Both the position numbers and the translations under genes were made by a program. Below the pieces are notes generated by a model. That model had not been told where the DNA came from. It ran no database searches and saw nothing but the letters and a program-made list of their open reading frames with translations. From Tubiluchus corallicola (lineage: Eukaryota; Animalia; Priapulida), in contig JAQGDQ010000521.1 in NCBI GenBank assembly GCA_030141605.1, positions 62,001 to 126,000 on the forward strand: 64,000 bases of DNA. The letters are read 5' to 3'. This document shows, piece after piece, positions 36,111 through 49,798 of this stretch (position 1 is the first letter of the stretch; each line of letters opens with the position of its first letter).

Positions 36111-36339
36111 ACCTTAGATTGCTTTGCTTTCTACTCCTTTGGTGGTAAATACTGCCTGCCCCAAGAGGAATTGTTATTTTTATAGTTATTGCCAACTAGG
36201 CAATTAAGAAAGAATAATCTAAGATTTCTTTCCTGTAAATTAATAATTAGCAAATTACAAAGCAGCATTGTATTCTTTTGCTTTGTTATTGTGTTATGGT
36301 AGACAAAAATCTAGAACTTTAATATCCGAGCGTCATAAT

Positions 36340-36830
36340 GCCCCACGTCCTAGGTAAGTTAATCATCCTGCCAAATTTCAACCAGATTGAATCATGGGAA
36401 CATACAAGTTAAATGAATTTAAAATTAATTAAACAGCTAAATTAATTAACTAATCATCGAATTGCTGCAATTTTTTGGCTTTGAACCAAAGACATCCTAG
36501 CTAATCATCATACCAAATTTCATCTCAGTTGGATCACGGGGACATGGAATTTAAATTAATTTAAAGTTAATTAACTAACTAATTATTAAGATACTACATT
36601 TTTTTATTTTGAATCAAGGACATCCTAACTAGGCATTGCATCAAATTTCAACTCAAGTGGATAAGTACTTTTGGAATTGGATCAATTTAGAAATAATTAA
36701 ACAGTTCTGTTAAATTAACAAATAATCGAATTGTGACAAATTTTTTCCTTGAAAAAAGGACGTCGTGTCTAATAATCACACCAAATTTCAACTCATTTGG
36801 ATGAACACTTCTGGAGTTATTTCGACTCCA
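36340..36830. repeat. Four diverged 130-140 bp units with a CCAAATTTCA core; probably a non-autonomous (Helentron/HINE-like) element
   Basis: (c)caaatttca at about 36371, 36513, 36642 and 36781, each preceded by gacatcct/cacgtcct-like and followed by ggat/gaat. The family assignment is inference. Confidence 0.55.
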
Positions 36831-38256
36831 AGTAGCGATCGGACAGCGTGCGTAACCAGGTTTTTTTTTGTAAGACCCAAGCTAACACTCGGAAAATAAA
36901 TTCAAAAGCTAACGGTACGCCTTTACAATTTATGGTTCATAGTGTTCGTGCAGTGTACAGTACACTAGGTTGCAGTGTTTTGCCTAACGAAAAGCTAATT
37001 GTACGTTAGAAGTGTTTGACCTGGGGGTTCTAACAGTTTTTAAATTATGCCCTGTAAAATATCTCCAATTAGAAATATCCTGACGGAACTTGTACATGCC
37101 ATCAGCATTCGGCACAGATAAATCTTTTGAGCCGGCTACTGTTGACACAAAACGTTGGTTTATATCATAGTGAGTTTGTAAGGACTTTACTCTTAGAGGT
37201 CAAGATGTTGCAGTACAGTTTTGAACTAAAACAGGATGTGTGGTTCTAAAATACGGGTCGTTAAAATAAGTTGCAGTTACTGTATTCGCATTCGCGCGAA
37301 AGTCATTGGTAAGTTGCGTGAGCTCTGAACCAGAATTGAAAGGAAGCTCGAACATTCGATATGACCATCGCCAAATCAACAGTAACAGCTTTTCTTTCGT
37401 AATTATTTCTGCCACCTTCCGTTCCCTCTTTCTTTCTCATGCCCTCCCGTTTGTGTCTCTTACTCGGACTTCTTGGAAATGTGCGCGCTTCATATATGTA
37501 TATATCCGGATGCCACGCTGACCTCCCTGCAGCTTCTGACATTCTGAGAGTGAAAATACCATGTGCTGCTTTGTGTGTAACGCGATACTTTCAGTATGCG
37601 GGTATAAACTGCACAAGCCTAGGAGTGGTGGTAGCCTGTTGTTTTCATTACTCAGCTCAATTACTGTGCAGTCATTTACCAAGAATTGTTTGGCTACAGT
37701 CAAAAATTTTCCACTGACGAAACTAACGCTTGGGCTAACTTTCCAATACGTTATATTTTAATACACATGTTAAGATATTCCTAGCTGTTGTCTGCTATAA
37801 ATAGGTATTTCTTGGCATCTCATTGTACCATGATGACCTTCAATTTTATAATTTTATTATTGCTTTTTTTTACAATCCTTGGAGCCATTTTCACGTAATT
37901 TTATGACACAACTATGTCCTGCGATTTAGTATTGGCTATATTCTGAGTGTCTGGCTGCAGTCTATTCAACTCTATTGTGGCACGTTTCCCGCCCTAGCGT
38001 GCTTGCTGTACACGTGCTTCATGCATAGTAGAGACTACAAAGTATTGATCAAGTCTGTTGGCAGCGGGCCAATTTGGCAAAATGCCAACTAGCCACGCTG
38101 TGTTGTTCAGTTGTTGAATGGCTAGCCTCTAGTGGAAAGTTTTCACTGTGTAGTGTGATTATCTTTCACATAATAGTGTTCAATACGTAAACCAAGCACT
38201 TATATCTAAACCAATATGCCGAGAAAAAGCCAATGCAATAATTTGAAAACTGTCAA

Positions 38257-39894
38257 GGCAGGGTGAATTGGTACTAGAAAAATGTGGTACGGGGAATGTT
38301 TGGTACGAGGAAAATATGGTACAAGGAAAATTTCGCACTAAGAAAGTTTGGTACTGAAAATATCTATATCTCAGTATAAATAATTTTTCAACTGGAAAAT
38401 TTGGGATGCTTTCCCAACAGTTTTGAGGGTTTTGTGGTAAGTTTTGGAGAGTTTTGAGAAATTTGAGGGTAAACAGTTTTGCTGTTTACTGTCAGAATCT
38501 GTTAAACAATAAAGTAATGGTCAATTGCCAGTTTTTAGCAAGTCAACTGCCTACCTGCTCGTCTGTCCATCTGTACAGCTGTGCTTTAATAATTACTATA
38601 ATGACATAGGCGCATGTAACATTTATTGCTTTTTAAACAAGCACTCAGATATATATAAGTAAAAATAGTACTGACCTAAGAATGAGAGCTCCTATCATTT
38701 GCTCTTTGCAAAGTTTGACAAGTGTGTATTATTTCCACTAGCCAAACTCTGTAAAAGCATTTTGTATAAAGTCTGAGTTGAATTTAAATCATTGTAATTA
38801 TCAAAAGTGCTGTAAATGTGCCACGTAGGTCATGCCAGCAGTAACCACTTTATGCCGTAGTAATTACTATCATTCTCGCTGTTGCTGTAATTGTCATAAT
38901 CATTGTCACTGTCAAAATCATCATCAGTGTCATCTTTGCCATAATCATCACTGTTATCAAACCGTCATCATTATTATCATCGTCATTGTTGTCATCATCA
39001 ACATTATTGTCGTCACAGTCCACCATTATCTTGACACGTCAGCAACAACAGTAACAGTGGTGATGGCGATCAGGATTATGATGTTCACTGCCAACAATAT
39101 CAACAGCAGCGTCAACAGTGATTACAACTACAGCAGCAATAACAAGAAGACCAGCAACAAGAATGGCAACAACAACAATGACGGCAACAATAACAATGAC
39201 AACAATAGCAACAGCAATAAGCCAACAACAACAGTAATGGCAGCAGCAACAGCAACAAAACAACAAATGTAACAATGACAACAGCAGTGATGATGATGAT
39301 GATGATCATGGTGAGAAGAAAAAGTAAGTTGAGAATTAGCGTACAACAAGAATAAGAACAGTAGCAGTGGCGATGATATCAACAGTAACAACAGCAACAA
39401 CAACAGCAGCAACAAAACGAAAAAGTAACAATGACATGATGACAGCAATAATGATGATGATGGTGATAATGGTGGTGTTGGTCATCAACAAAAAAGCAAG
39501 CAAGAAACAGACAAACAACAACAACAATGACAAATAACTGATGACAAACAAACGAAAAAACAAAAACTAATGCAATAATATAACTATTTCGGGTAGTTAT
39601 TACTTTTTCAGTAGTTTGCATAAAATGTGTTTTAGTAGTATCAAACTTTCCTGGTACCGAACTTATTCCGTACCGTTTTTGCCTTGCAGTATGGTACTAT
39701 GTTTACTTGTACCAAAAATGCTTGATAAAACTACCTTAGTACCATATTTATCAGTACCATATTTTCTATCTACCAATTTTTCCCTGTACCAAAAATTCCT
39801 AGCAGCAAATTTTCCCGGTACGAAGATTTTCTCGTTTAAAATTACCGGGACCATACTTGTACTAAACTTACTAGTATCAAACTTACCGCGCACC
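38257..39894. mobile_element. Foldback-like non-autonomous DNA element with inverted arrays of short subterminal repeats and a trinucleotide low-complexity core
   Basis: Left arm repeats TGGTAC..GGAAAAT (38265-38360); right arm repeats the complement TTTTCC..GTACCA (39635-39890); the centre (38860-39575) is CAT/CAA/GAT-rich. Confidence 0.65.
38860..39575. repeat. Mixed (CAT)n/(CAA)n/(GAT)n low-complexity tract
   Basis: Source of the poly-N/C/L/H ORFs in the ORF track. Confidence 0.9.
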
Positions 39895-42800
39895 AGTACC
39901 GAGTGTGATTGCTTTAAATTTGCCTAATAATTGTAGTCCTGAAATAAATCATGGTAAATGTATCGTTACATGAGAAAATGGATTAATTTTCCCTGTGCAA
40001 TATAGAGAGTATAATTATTCTCGGCATAGATTTAGTATGGTTGCTAATTATCTGATTTATCTCTAACAAAATACAGCCTCAGGTTGTACTTGAAGCCCTA
40101 TGCAGATATGCAATACGTTTTAGTTGCGCAACTGAAAATTAGACTAGCATAAAGTTAGTCACATTGTTGCTTTGCAATGCAGACAATTTCTAGAGAAAAG
40201 TACATCGAGAGTGAATAATCAAATTTAATTTTAGGACATCATGCAATCATACCACTGTATCCAGCTGTAATATCCGTTATTACTTACTGGGCATCACATA
40301 TTGGGGGCAACAAAAATGTGGTACCTGTCATTGTAGGACGCACTTCTTATGGCGACATCGTGTTGCTCTCAGGGATTTATCTGATCATTGTAATAATGAG
40401 TTAATCAGCAAGGAGCAATAGTTAATGTGGAAATTAGTAAACAGGAATTTATAGCATTATTTTGAGTCTTAATCTCAACATTATTAATTGTCAATTTGTC
40501 ATACATAATTGTGTGGTATTAAGGACGCGCTGCAATACAGAACGCTAGAGCTAACACTAGGTGAAAAACGAACGTTTTGATCGTACAGCTTTTTCTAGTT
40601 ACGTGTTTCATCTATAAGTGTCATACGCTAGACGCGTAACTGAAACAGCTTACGTGAGTAGAATTAGCAGTGTGAATGGATATTATTCTATCTTAACTAT
40701 TAACTAGCTTTAATATTAGGTTTCAGCTGCTTCCGTTTGCATTGTCTTATCTTCTAGGTCACTGAGGTCAAGCTAGTAGCACAAATACACAAATCTTTTG
40801 AGGTGACTCATGCGCACAGTGCAGTTGATTCCCACTTTGAGCTTGAAAGTCGGCAACGAACCCAACTGCCAAAAAATTAAATTCGTTGTGAACTTCTTAT
40901 AATGTGTTAACATGCGATTACATTTAAAAAAAATGCTATAAATATTTAGGATTGATCATGCATCGTAGCAAATGCGAATAAATTTTTATTTGTTACATTT
41001 GTGCCAAATTTTCATTCATAAAAAATGCCAACTGCCATAATTTTAGTCCAAGTCGAATTAAAAAGAGAAGATAAATGAATTATTTCTAGGCCAGAATAAA
41101 ATTCGGCTAACTTGCTTAAAATATTAAGCAAGAAGTGTATCATAATTTTTTACTTACCTGATACCTTCAAGACACAAAAATGGCGGTAATTAAATTGTTT
41201 TGGTAAAGTGGCACAGTTAGTTTAATTCTTACTTTACTTGTTATTTCACAAACGTTAATTAGTGAATAAATGACATTTTTAAAACGTTTAACGCTAGTTT
41301 TTGTAACGTCAGTCATCAAACCGCATAATGCTTATTGAATTTTTATACATCTCACGTCTATGTGTATGACAGCGTTTTGAAAAGGAGCATACAGTTATTA
41401 CTGTAGTGTACATACATTAGTTCGTCAAAGTGAAGTTTGTACCTAATACATACCTGCATCTGTCATTAAGGCTACCTGAATTCCGGGTAATTGATACAGG
41501 AATGACATACTCGTGTCATTAACCCGCATTCCTTGAGCAGGTATTTTTACCTGCAGCTAGGAGGGATGCATTAATGACAAAGAAAAACCACCTGCCCCAT
41601 AATATGATTTTACTCATGTGATCATTTCCTAATACTTCTCGATCTCTGTGTTTAACTGTGGATAGCAATCCACAGATTCACTAAAATCATGTTTCTGTGA
41701 TTCAATATTTAGATTCATTTATCTGCTTCACATAGCAATTTTAGATTGTTATCTGTGGGTCTTAACTGGTGTACCTATCACTGTCTCTTACTCTGGTCAG
41801 TAATTCTGGTTTGTGAGGAACTTTTTTTCGTAACTTGTATCTCGCGTGCCTGTGTAAGTTTATCTTAATAGGTTAGAAGCGTTAGTAAAATGTTAAAAAG
41901 GGATAAGGTCTTTATGATAAGTTTAAGGTTATACTTCAGAATTTCTTGTGATGTTTTAGTGTGCCAGTTTCATGTTAATTAAGACCTATTGTGCGAATGC
42001 CTTATAAAATTTATAGGGGTGAATAATGATAATTTTTAATAAGAAATAATAGAAACACAAAACCTTTTCCGAAAAACGAAAGCTTAAGCTTCCAGTAAGA
42101 TACTAGTGTGGACATATGCTTGTTAAGCCTCCACACAAGTTAAAGAATGAAATTTACCTTGCACGCTACGTGACCATGCAGTTCGCAAAATTTTCGCACT
42201 TCTGTTTGCGTGGGCTTGTTACAAGAAATAACAACGAAATAATCTTTAATTACAAGCAATGGAATGCTTTATGAAAATGTCCGTGTTTCTTTTATTTAGG
42301 GATTTTTGTGAATACGTTTTGGGAACAAAATTGAACAGATGCTTTATTATTCATATGGAGCATTTTCGCGTGGATTCCTATCCTGGCCGCTCTTTTAGTC
42401 CTATTTCTCTTCTACAAGATATTCGTTCCTTCATTTTCTATTTAGTTTCGTGTTTTCCTGCTTTCTGTGAAAAATATGAAGAACTGCAAACACGACCCAT
42501 TTTCAAAAAAACCGTGGTTACTGCCTGTCTGCATGTACATGTATTTATATAGTTTGGACACGATGTTTTTGCAAGTTCAAATATGTCAAGGTTATCTGTG
42601 CCGTCTCGCTTTGGTACTGTACAACTTTCTTAGTTTCTAAACCTGCGTCTATATTTAAAACTACGCGTAGGAAGCTATCTGACAAGCTGACAGCTATCAC
42701 TTACTAACGCAGTTTTTCTCGTGTCTATATTTAACTCGGTTTGCCTCTGCTATCAGCTACTATTTAATAAGTTTATTTAGTAACGCGTAGCGTCATCTGG

Positions 42801-43908
42801 CGACAGGCAAAAATAACGAAAATTCTTGCCAAGAAAAACAGCTTTTTGCGTGGTATTGCAAAATGCATGTACCTCATATTTTCCTTGCTGTTGAGGAAAC
42901 TGCGCATAATTTTAAAGGTTAATTTTGCGAGTGAAATCTATGCAATAAGCACCCGTATAATGCCGGGATCATAATTTGTGATTTTCAACTTTATAGGTGA
43001 TGTTGACAATGACGGCAAAAGCTGCTAAAAATTTTTAATTGGTCCTAGTGCTGTTATAAGAAGTAAATAACTTATTACTGCACTCATTTTTTTTTACATT
43101 TTTAACTATTTACTAAGTATTTATTAAGTATTGTTAAGTATGTAAAAGAAGTGATTTATATTTTACGGTGGGCCCAGTAAATAATAAGCATTAAATTGTT
43201 TTACATGCTGAGCTGGTAGTATTACATTCAGTATCGGATAGCACTGTTGTTTGTTTGTTCGCCCTTCACAGGCCGTTGAACTCACTGACCTATTGTTAAT
43301 ATTCACAAGTGAGTTTTTGAGGTAGTCTTACTGCAGGCAGAATCCAGTGCAATCTTTCTACTTAGATTTGTTTACTCCAACAGTTCTTCACCACATCATA
43401 CAGATCATCGTGGGATATTGTGTCAGCTCATTTAATACCTAGCGGTTTTTTGTAGAAATGCCTCTGAAAAGCATCAATTTCCTTCTACTGTTTAACTTTT
43501 ATTGTCCATAGCGTGAGGTAGTTGATTAATATCAAATGCAACTGTTTGTTGAGTCCAAAAAAACAATGATCACAAAGTAATTCAATTTAGAATCTGATTT
43601 TCCGTTGATTAATGTCAAAGGCAACTGTTTGCTGAATCCCCAAAGTATTAAACCTAGAATCTGATTTTCCATTTATCTTGGTAAAAGCCCTGCAACTTGT
43701 GCATTTTCCATGATGAGAGCTTGAGTAGTCAAGTAGTCTCTGTACAGAAGTTGCAGAGTTTTGTCTAGTTGCAGAACTTTCAACTCATCACTACATCAAA
43801 CTGTACTTTCAATATTGCAAGATCATTAGACGTTATTGTCTCACTTGCAGTCTGCAGTAGATCTAGCTGCCGTAGCATAATTTACAGGTGAAATTTTTGT
43901 CTCTTTAG

Positions 43909-44019
43909 GTTGTATATTTTACTGCTACTTTTCCATATGTAGTACTCATCATATTCTGTGGACGAGCTTTGACGCTGAAAGGAGCTGGCATTGGTCTTAA
44001 GCATATGTTTACCCCAAAT
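43909..44019 (+). CDS. SLC6 B0AT-type transporter, exon 3
   Basis: [37 protein letters not shown] (TM5); too short for the ORF track; phase 0/0. Confidence 0.93.
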
Positions 44020-44676
44020 GTAAGTCTAGGTGTAATGTACTATGCTGTAGTTTAATGCTATATAAATATTAATGTGATTTAACACAAAGATTTTTGTGTT
44101 CTGAAATACTAACGAGAGTATGTGTATTAACAGAAGCAAAACCTATGTAAAGAAGAAAAGACTTATAACTTATGCATCTAAAGCATCTTCATCAGAATAA
44201 ATGAAAAATTAAGATGTTACTTAACAGAAGTGGCAAGATAAATTCATTATCACTATTTCTAAAAATGTTTAGCTTGTGCTTTATCTGAAGTGAGTATGTC
44301 ATCAGTTCGTAAAAGAGAGTGCAAGTTTTGAATTATTTTCTATTGTATTTGTATTATACTGAATTTTTGGTACCTAAATGGTGCAGTATCCACAAGGTAG
44401 CCCAAAATGCAGTTATCTATGCAAGAAGGTTTTGTAAAAATGACGTAGTTTGTGTTAGTTGACCTAGTTTGTCTTTCTTGTCAATGTATGATATCGCAAA
44501 CTTTATGCACATCTTACATATGAACGTTATGTTGCCTTTTACGTTTACAACGAATCATCCTTGAATTATTAGGAGTCTTAGTTTGTGCCTGTATCACATA
44601 AAGACAACTGCATTTTTAGTGTTTAATGCACATTTTATGCACATTAAACTAAGTTTCAAGGTGTTTTTCTTTGCAG

Positions 44677-44918
44677 ATCGATCAACTTCGTGACCCTACA
44701 GTGTGGCTTGATGCAGCTACGCAGATTTTCTACTCTCTAGGCCTTGCGTTTGGTTCTCTAATTGCCTTTGCTAGTTATAACCCGCCTACGAGTAACTGTC
44801 GTCGTGATGCAGTTGCCGTATCACTTATCAACTGTAGCACTTCAATCTTTGCCAGCATCGTCGTGTTTGCCGTGCTTGGTTTCAAAGCTGTCAACATGCA
44901 TGAAAGCTGCATTGAGGA
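44677..44918 (+). CDS. SLC6 B0AT-type transporter, exon 4
   Basis: [27 protein letters not shown]...[21 protein letters not shown] (TM6-7). Confidence 0.95.
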
Positions 44919-45912
44919 GTAAGTGGCTTGCTATGTTTATGTTTAGTTAGTTAAAACGTTTTTAACTTTTTGGTCATCTTTTTTGTTAACTCAAGGTTCA
45001 GCATCCGCTCGAGTGTTTGACCTGTTGTTGAGATTTGCCATATAATCATAAATTTAATTGATATTTTGAGTAAAAATAATTAGCCAAAATCATCTCTCGC
45101 TCCTGTGTTTTTTATTTAAATAACTAGTGGTTTCTGTCATCATCAGGTGGCTATTAGGACTTGCTGTGACAGCTGTCATTAGTATCAGTCAGTTGACCTC
45201 TGGCGAAGACTCTGTCGTTAGTACGTCTGACCATAGAAATTATTAATTAAGTATTTCTTTGTTTAATTCCAGTCTGTATGATCCACAAGCCTAATTTTTC
45301 CTACATACAATTTTCTGTGGAGATACCTGAGTGGTTGAAGCCTAAAATGACTCTATACCAAACAATGTCTGAAGTAGTAACATCTCTATCAAGAAATTTC
45401 TTTTTGGAGATTTGCTAAACATTCTGCTTGTTAATCCTATGAATGGGTCATACCTTCAGTGACCAAGTTATGACTTATGACCATAGGTTAAAAACACAGT
45501 GCCTGTAGTGCACTCAAACAGTTGTGTTGTGCTAATTTAGAGCTGCTTGTTTAACTATTTTTTTGTCATCTGACATCTACATGGTTAGCATTGAAACTGC
45601 TAAGCTTAAGTCAATAAACACTGAATACAAAGTGGCGGGCAAAACTTTTGATGTGTCGTCACATAATGAAAATGTAACTAAAACTATGTGTATTGCTTGT
45701 TATAATGAAACATAAAATGTGCCTGTTATATTCATAAAAATGACTGTAACTAAATACTGCCATTGGTTGCTATTAAGTGTGTCAGGTTAAGTTGTTGTCT
45801 AATGCATTTTCACGATCTATAACCTTCAAATATTTTGACTTAGTTGACTGAGTTGACTTAGTTTAATAAATTTGATTCAAGTTCTTATTTCATCTCTGCT
45901 CATTTTTTCCAG

Positions 45913-46069
45913 TGCACTGTTGGCTATAAATGAGTCTGGTTTAATTCCTGATATAAATGCATCTCTAATCAGTACAGAACAAGAGTTGGAGGAGTTGCTA
46001 TCTCATCACAATGAAACCATTTATCATCTTGGTATACGTCCGTGTCGAATAGAAGATGAACTTAATCAG
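45913..46069 (+). CDS. SLC6 B0AT-type transporter, exon 5 (extended extracellular loop 4)
   Basis: ALLAINESG...RPCRIEDELNQ; the long EL4 ending C..EDEL is typical of this subfamily; phases match. Confidence 0.88.
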
Positions 46070-46822
46070 GTAACGCAATTTATACTGACACTTTTAACTT
46101 CAAGAACGAAGGCATCTGATTTATAACTTAGAGTAACAGTAAATAGTCGATTACTTTTATCTCATTGGTAAATACACACAATTCCAAAGTGTGCTTCGAA
46201 AGATGCACGACGACAATCCGCTAAAAAGACTTTTCTCCGATCATTAGGGAAATTGAGACAGCAATAGGATAAACGTTAAATAAAATTCTAAGTGCATATC
46301 TATGTAAAAAAACTAGTCACAAAATGTTAAATCTAATCATAAATATTAGAAAGTAACGAAATATGAATTGTTGCATAAAGTAATAGCCTTGTCACTTATG
46401 ATATCCACGAAAATGTTGAAGAATGATATTTATATGCAACTGATGCTGATGATGATTTTGCTTGTCTTTTTCACAGCAATTGTTTATTACTGATAAGTAT
46501 TATAATTATGATGTAAACACTTTACGTCTTTGGAATTATAAGTGGTTCATCTGTCAGTTTTTATATTTTTATAGTGGGCGAGAACTTGATGTGACTTTTT
46601 TCTTGTCTGTTTTCTTCAAAAGTTCTAGATGTTTTTTTTTTTACTTTGAATCATGCAATAGGATCATGCTTAAAATAAAAGTGGCATCAGAACTTCGAAA
46701 AATTCTGCAAAGTATGTGAATTTGCTAAGGGTTTCATTTTTAACAACAACAGAGTTATTCTTAATTTTAACTTATGGCATGGAGATGCCTGAAACATTTT
46801 TTGCACACATTTGTATTTTTAG

Positions 46823-47024
46823 GCGGCAGAGGGTACTGGACTGGCATTTATTGTGTTCACACAAGCAATTGTGGAGTTACCTGGTGCCCCTCTGTGGAGC
46901 GTTCTGTTCTTTCTCATGTTGCTGACTCTTGGTCTTGGTTCCATGTTTGGTACGGAGGAGGGGGTCATCACATCTATATTTGACATGAACTTGTTTACTT
47001 GGATGCGAAAAGAAATACTCTCAG
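46823..47024 (+). CDS. SLC6 B0AT-type transporter, exon 6
   Basis: [43 protein letters not shown] (TM8). Confidence 0.95.
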
Positions 47025-48124
47025 GTAAATTTCGCAGTGTAGCTTTTATCATTTAACAAATCTATGTCTTGTGCTGTTGATCCTTCTGCACATTAATAAG
47101 ATATCGTCATTGATCAACGATCACTGCACAATGATTTATGTGTGGACTGGTTTACATAGTTCATTATTTAATTTTGATAATTCACTCTGCAAAAATAATT
47201 TTTAGTTTTTTATTTGATTGGGCAGATAGGCAGATAAGTCGAATTCTGTTGTAATGTATTAGGGATGTAACATTGTGAACAAAATTATACAGTTATTATG
47301 TGATGCAGGGGCTAGTCAGTAACTAGTTATTACGTGATGCGCTGGTTATTCAGTGTCCAGACCAATCAGTTCTCATCGCTACTTGCTTCATGCAGTGAAA
47401 GCTTGCAGTTTTTTACTTCTTTTGCTGTTAACAACTCTTGCCCTAGTTTTATTGCTTCTGTCTGCATCCTAAAGGCACATGGTTTTTTACAACGTCCTTG
47501 AACCGAACTAAGACAAGCTTTCTACATCAGCTAGTAGTGTCTGAACTGAGATGAATATTATGTATCGGGCAAGTAAAATATTGCCTGAAGTTGCTGAACT
47601 GCGTAGATATTTTAGATTTTGTAAACAAAAATTTGGACAAACATTTTCTGGGTCTCCTTGACCTAAGTTCAAAAAGATTTTAAAACTAAGCTGTTTGATG
47701 GGTACCAATTTATAGATAAGTGTTACTAAGTTTTCAAATTGTGCGGTGCTCAGTAATAAAATATATTCAAAAATAACAACTATATTGCATCAGACTGGCA
47801 CCTGTTGTTTGGTTAAATTGAATTAAAATGTCAACTAGCTCCCACTGTGTAAACAAACATATTTTGCTAATGTGACATATATTTACAAATTGAAAAGAGT
47901 TCTTAACTTCTTGCATACCTTTGATTTTTTTTTGTAATTAAAGGGGTAAACGATGTGTAAGTTGTTTGCAAGAGTATGCTTCACATTAGCATTACCCATA
48001 AAATAATTCACTGAGTTGTAGCAGTGAAATAGCTTTTATAATATTATGATAAATTTTATCTTTCTTGAATTTCCTATCCTGCAAAAGACATTTTTTGCAT
48101 ATTTAACATTTCATTTTGTTACAG

Positions 48125-48284
48125 GGATAGTTTGCGGTGTTTCTTTTTTCATCGGTATGATATTTGTAACCGGGTCAGGAGAATATTGGCTGAAACTATT
48201 TGACACATTCAGTGGCACAATGTCTCTCATGGCCATAGCGTTCTTTGAGGTTATAGGTGTAATGTACATCTATGGGTTCAAAAG
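48125..48284 (+). CDS. SLC6 B0AT-type transporter, exon 7
   Basis: IVCGVSFFIGMIFVTGSGEYWLKLFDTFSG...FFEVIGVMYIYGFK (TM9-10). Confidence 0.93.
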
Positions 48285-49635
48285 GTGAACTTTTTTGCAC
48301 TTTGTTTAACATGTTTTAAAAATATCTTTCATTGATATATATTACTGGTGCTTTATTATTGTTTTTTAAAAATAATCTTGCTGATAGTCAAATTACTGTT
48401 TTGTTAAAGCACAAGAAAACCCTCCACTTATATAAAGATTAAAAAATTCGCTTCGAAATTTTATACCACATACGTACTACCTTTTTGCATGCATGGCTTG
48501 CATCGGCTGTAACACTGTATTAAATATATAAATTTAAACTCCTGTGATGACAGTTAGACGCAACCATTTTGATGGTAGGTTGAAACAAGTTTTGATAACA
48601 TTAAGTAAAGTTTGAAAAAATAATCAGAGCATTCGCAGCATACATGTTGCATACTAAGTAAAATTTTAAATTGCTGTATCTTGTCAATAACATTAAAAAT
48701 ACGTTTTTGGCTAGTGAGTGGTGCACCCTGGAGGGTGGGTCAGCAACATTTTACCAATTGACACAAACATTTTAAATTGTTATTTTTAGTTACATATGTC
48801 TTTCCAGCAAGTAAGCGAAATGCTAAGATTTGCACGGAAAGTTTTTTGGGACATAATTTAACATTGCCTTTTCTTCCCCTGATTTATGTTTGCGTAGGTG
48901 ACTTCATGTAATGGCGCTGTCAGAACAGTATTGCGGGGCGATTTAAAATGTAAACAAATAAAAATTCCTTTCAAAGCGAGTACGATATGTGCATAAAATT
49001 GCTGTGAAGTAGTATAATTTTTTAAGTTGATTTTTCTGAAACCTACTTCAGGTATCTCTTTTCTTGTCCTTTAAATATCATTTTTTTGCAATTTGGATTA
49101 CAGCACAGTTTGATTAACAAATCTACATTGGCACAAAGCTAGCTGGGTTTGTTAAACAGTCTGATTTATCAACTCTAAAGGATCTATAAGTAGGATACTA
49201 GTACTTTTCCAATAGGTCTGTAGTATATTGCAAACCTAATTTGTGTCCTTTGGTATAGTGAAACTAATCACAAAATAACCAATCTAAGTATTACGATTTG
49301 AAACATCTGCAAATTAATTTTGATTAAACTGACTTTAAATCATACTACTTAACGTATTTAATAATTTTTGGCCCGTTAACAAAGACCTATACATACAAAA
49401 TGAGAGTGGCCATTGCTATGCTTTCGGTGTCAAATATTAACTGGCCACAAAGTCGCCAACAACACACGCATGTTTATCAATTTGCCACTGTTATTTTAAA
49501 TCTAAAATTGGCAAACTGTGCCCAAGTGGATTTATAAAGCAAAAGGTGGATTAAATAAGTGGCAATTTTTGCAGTCTTTCTAGTGCAGATTGAACATAAT
49601 AAGCTCCCAGTTTAATAGTGTCATTCCTTTTTCAG

Positions 49636-49798
49636 ATTCTCTGATGACCTAGAGGATATGGTAGGACAAAGACCGGGCATCTACTGGCAGGCAACATGGC
49701 GATTTATTGGCCCTTTACTGATGCTCATTGTCTTCATTTCAAGTGTGGCTGTTCGCTTGTCAAACCCTATCACGTATAAAGCTTATAACAAGGAATTG
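49636..49798 (+). CDS. SLC6 B0AT-type transporter, exon 8
   Basis: (R)FSDDLEDMVGQRPGIYWQATWRFIGPLLM (TM11); GTGAGT donor. Confidence 0.93.

Noticed and set aside
35947-36195. ORF with RE/REGG repeats
   Set aside because: Reverse translation of a CT microsatellite.
38832-39621. Overlapping ORFs rich in N, C, L, H and I
   Set aside because: These are translations of trinucleotide low-complexity sequence inside an SLC6 intron.
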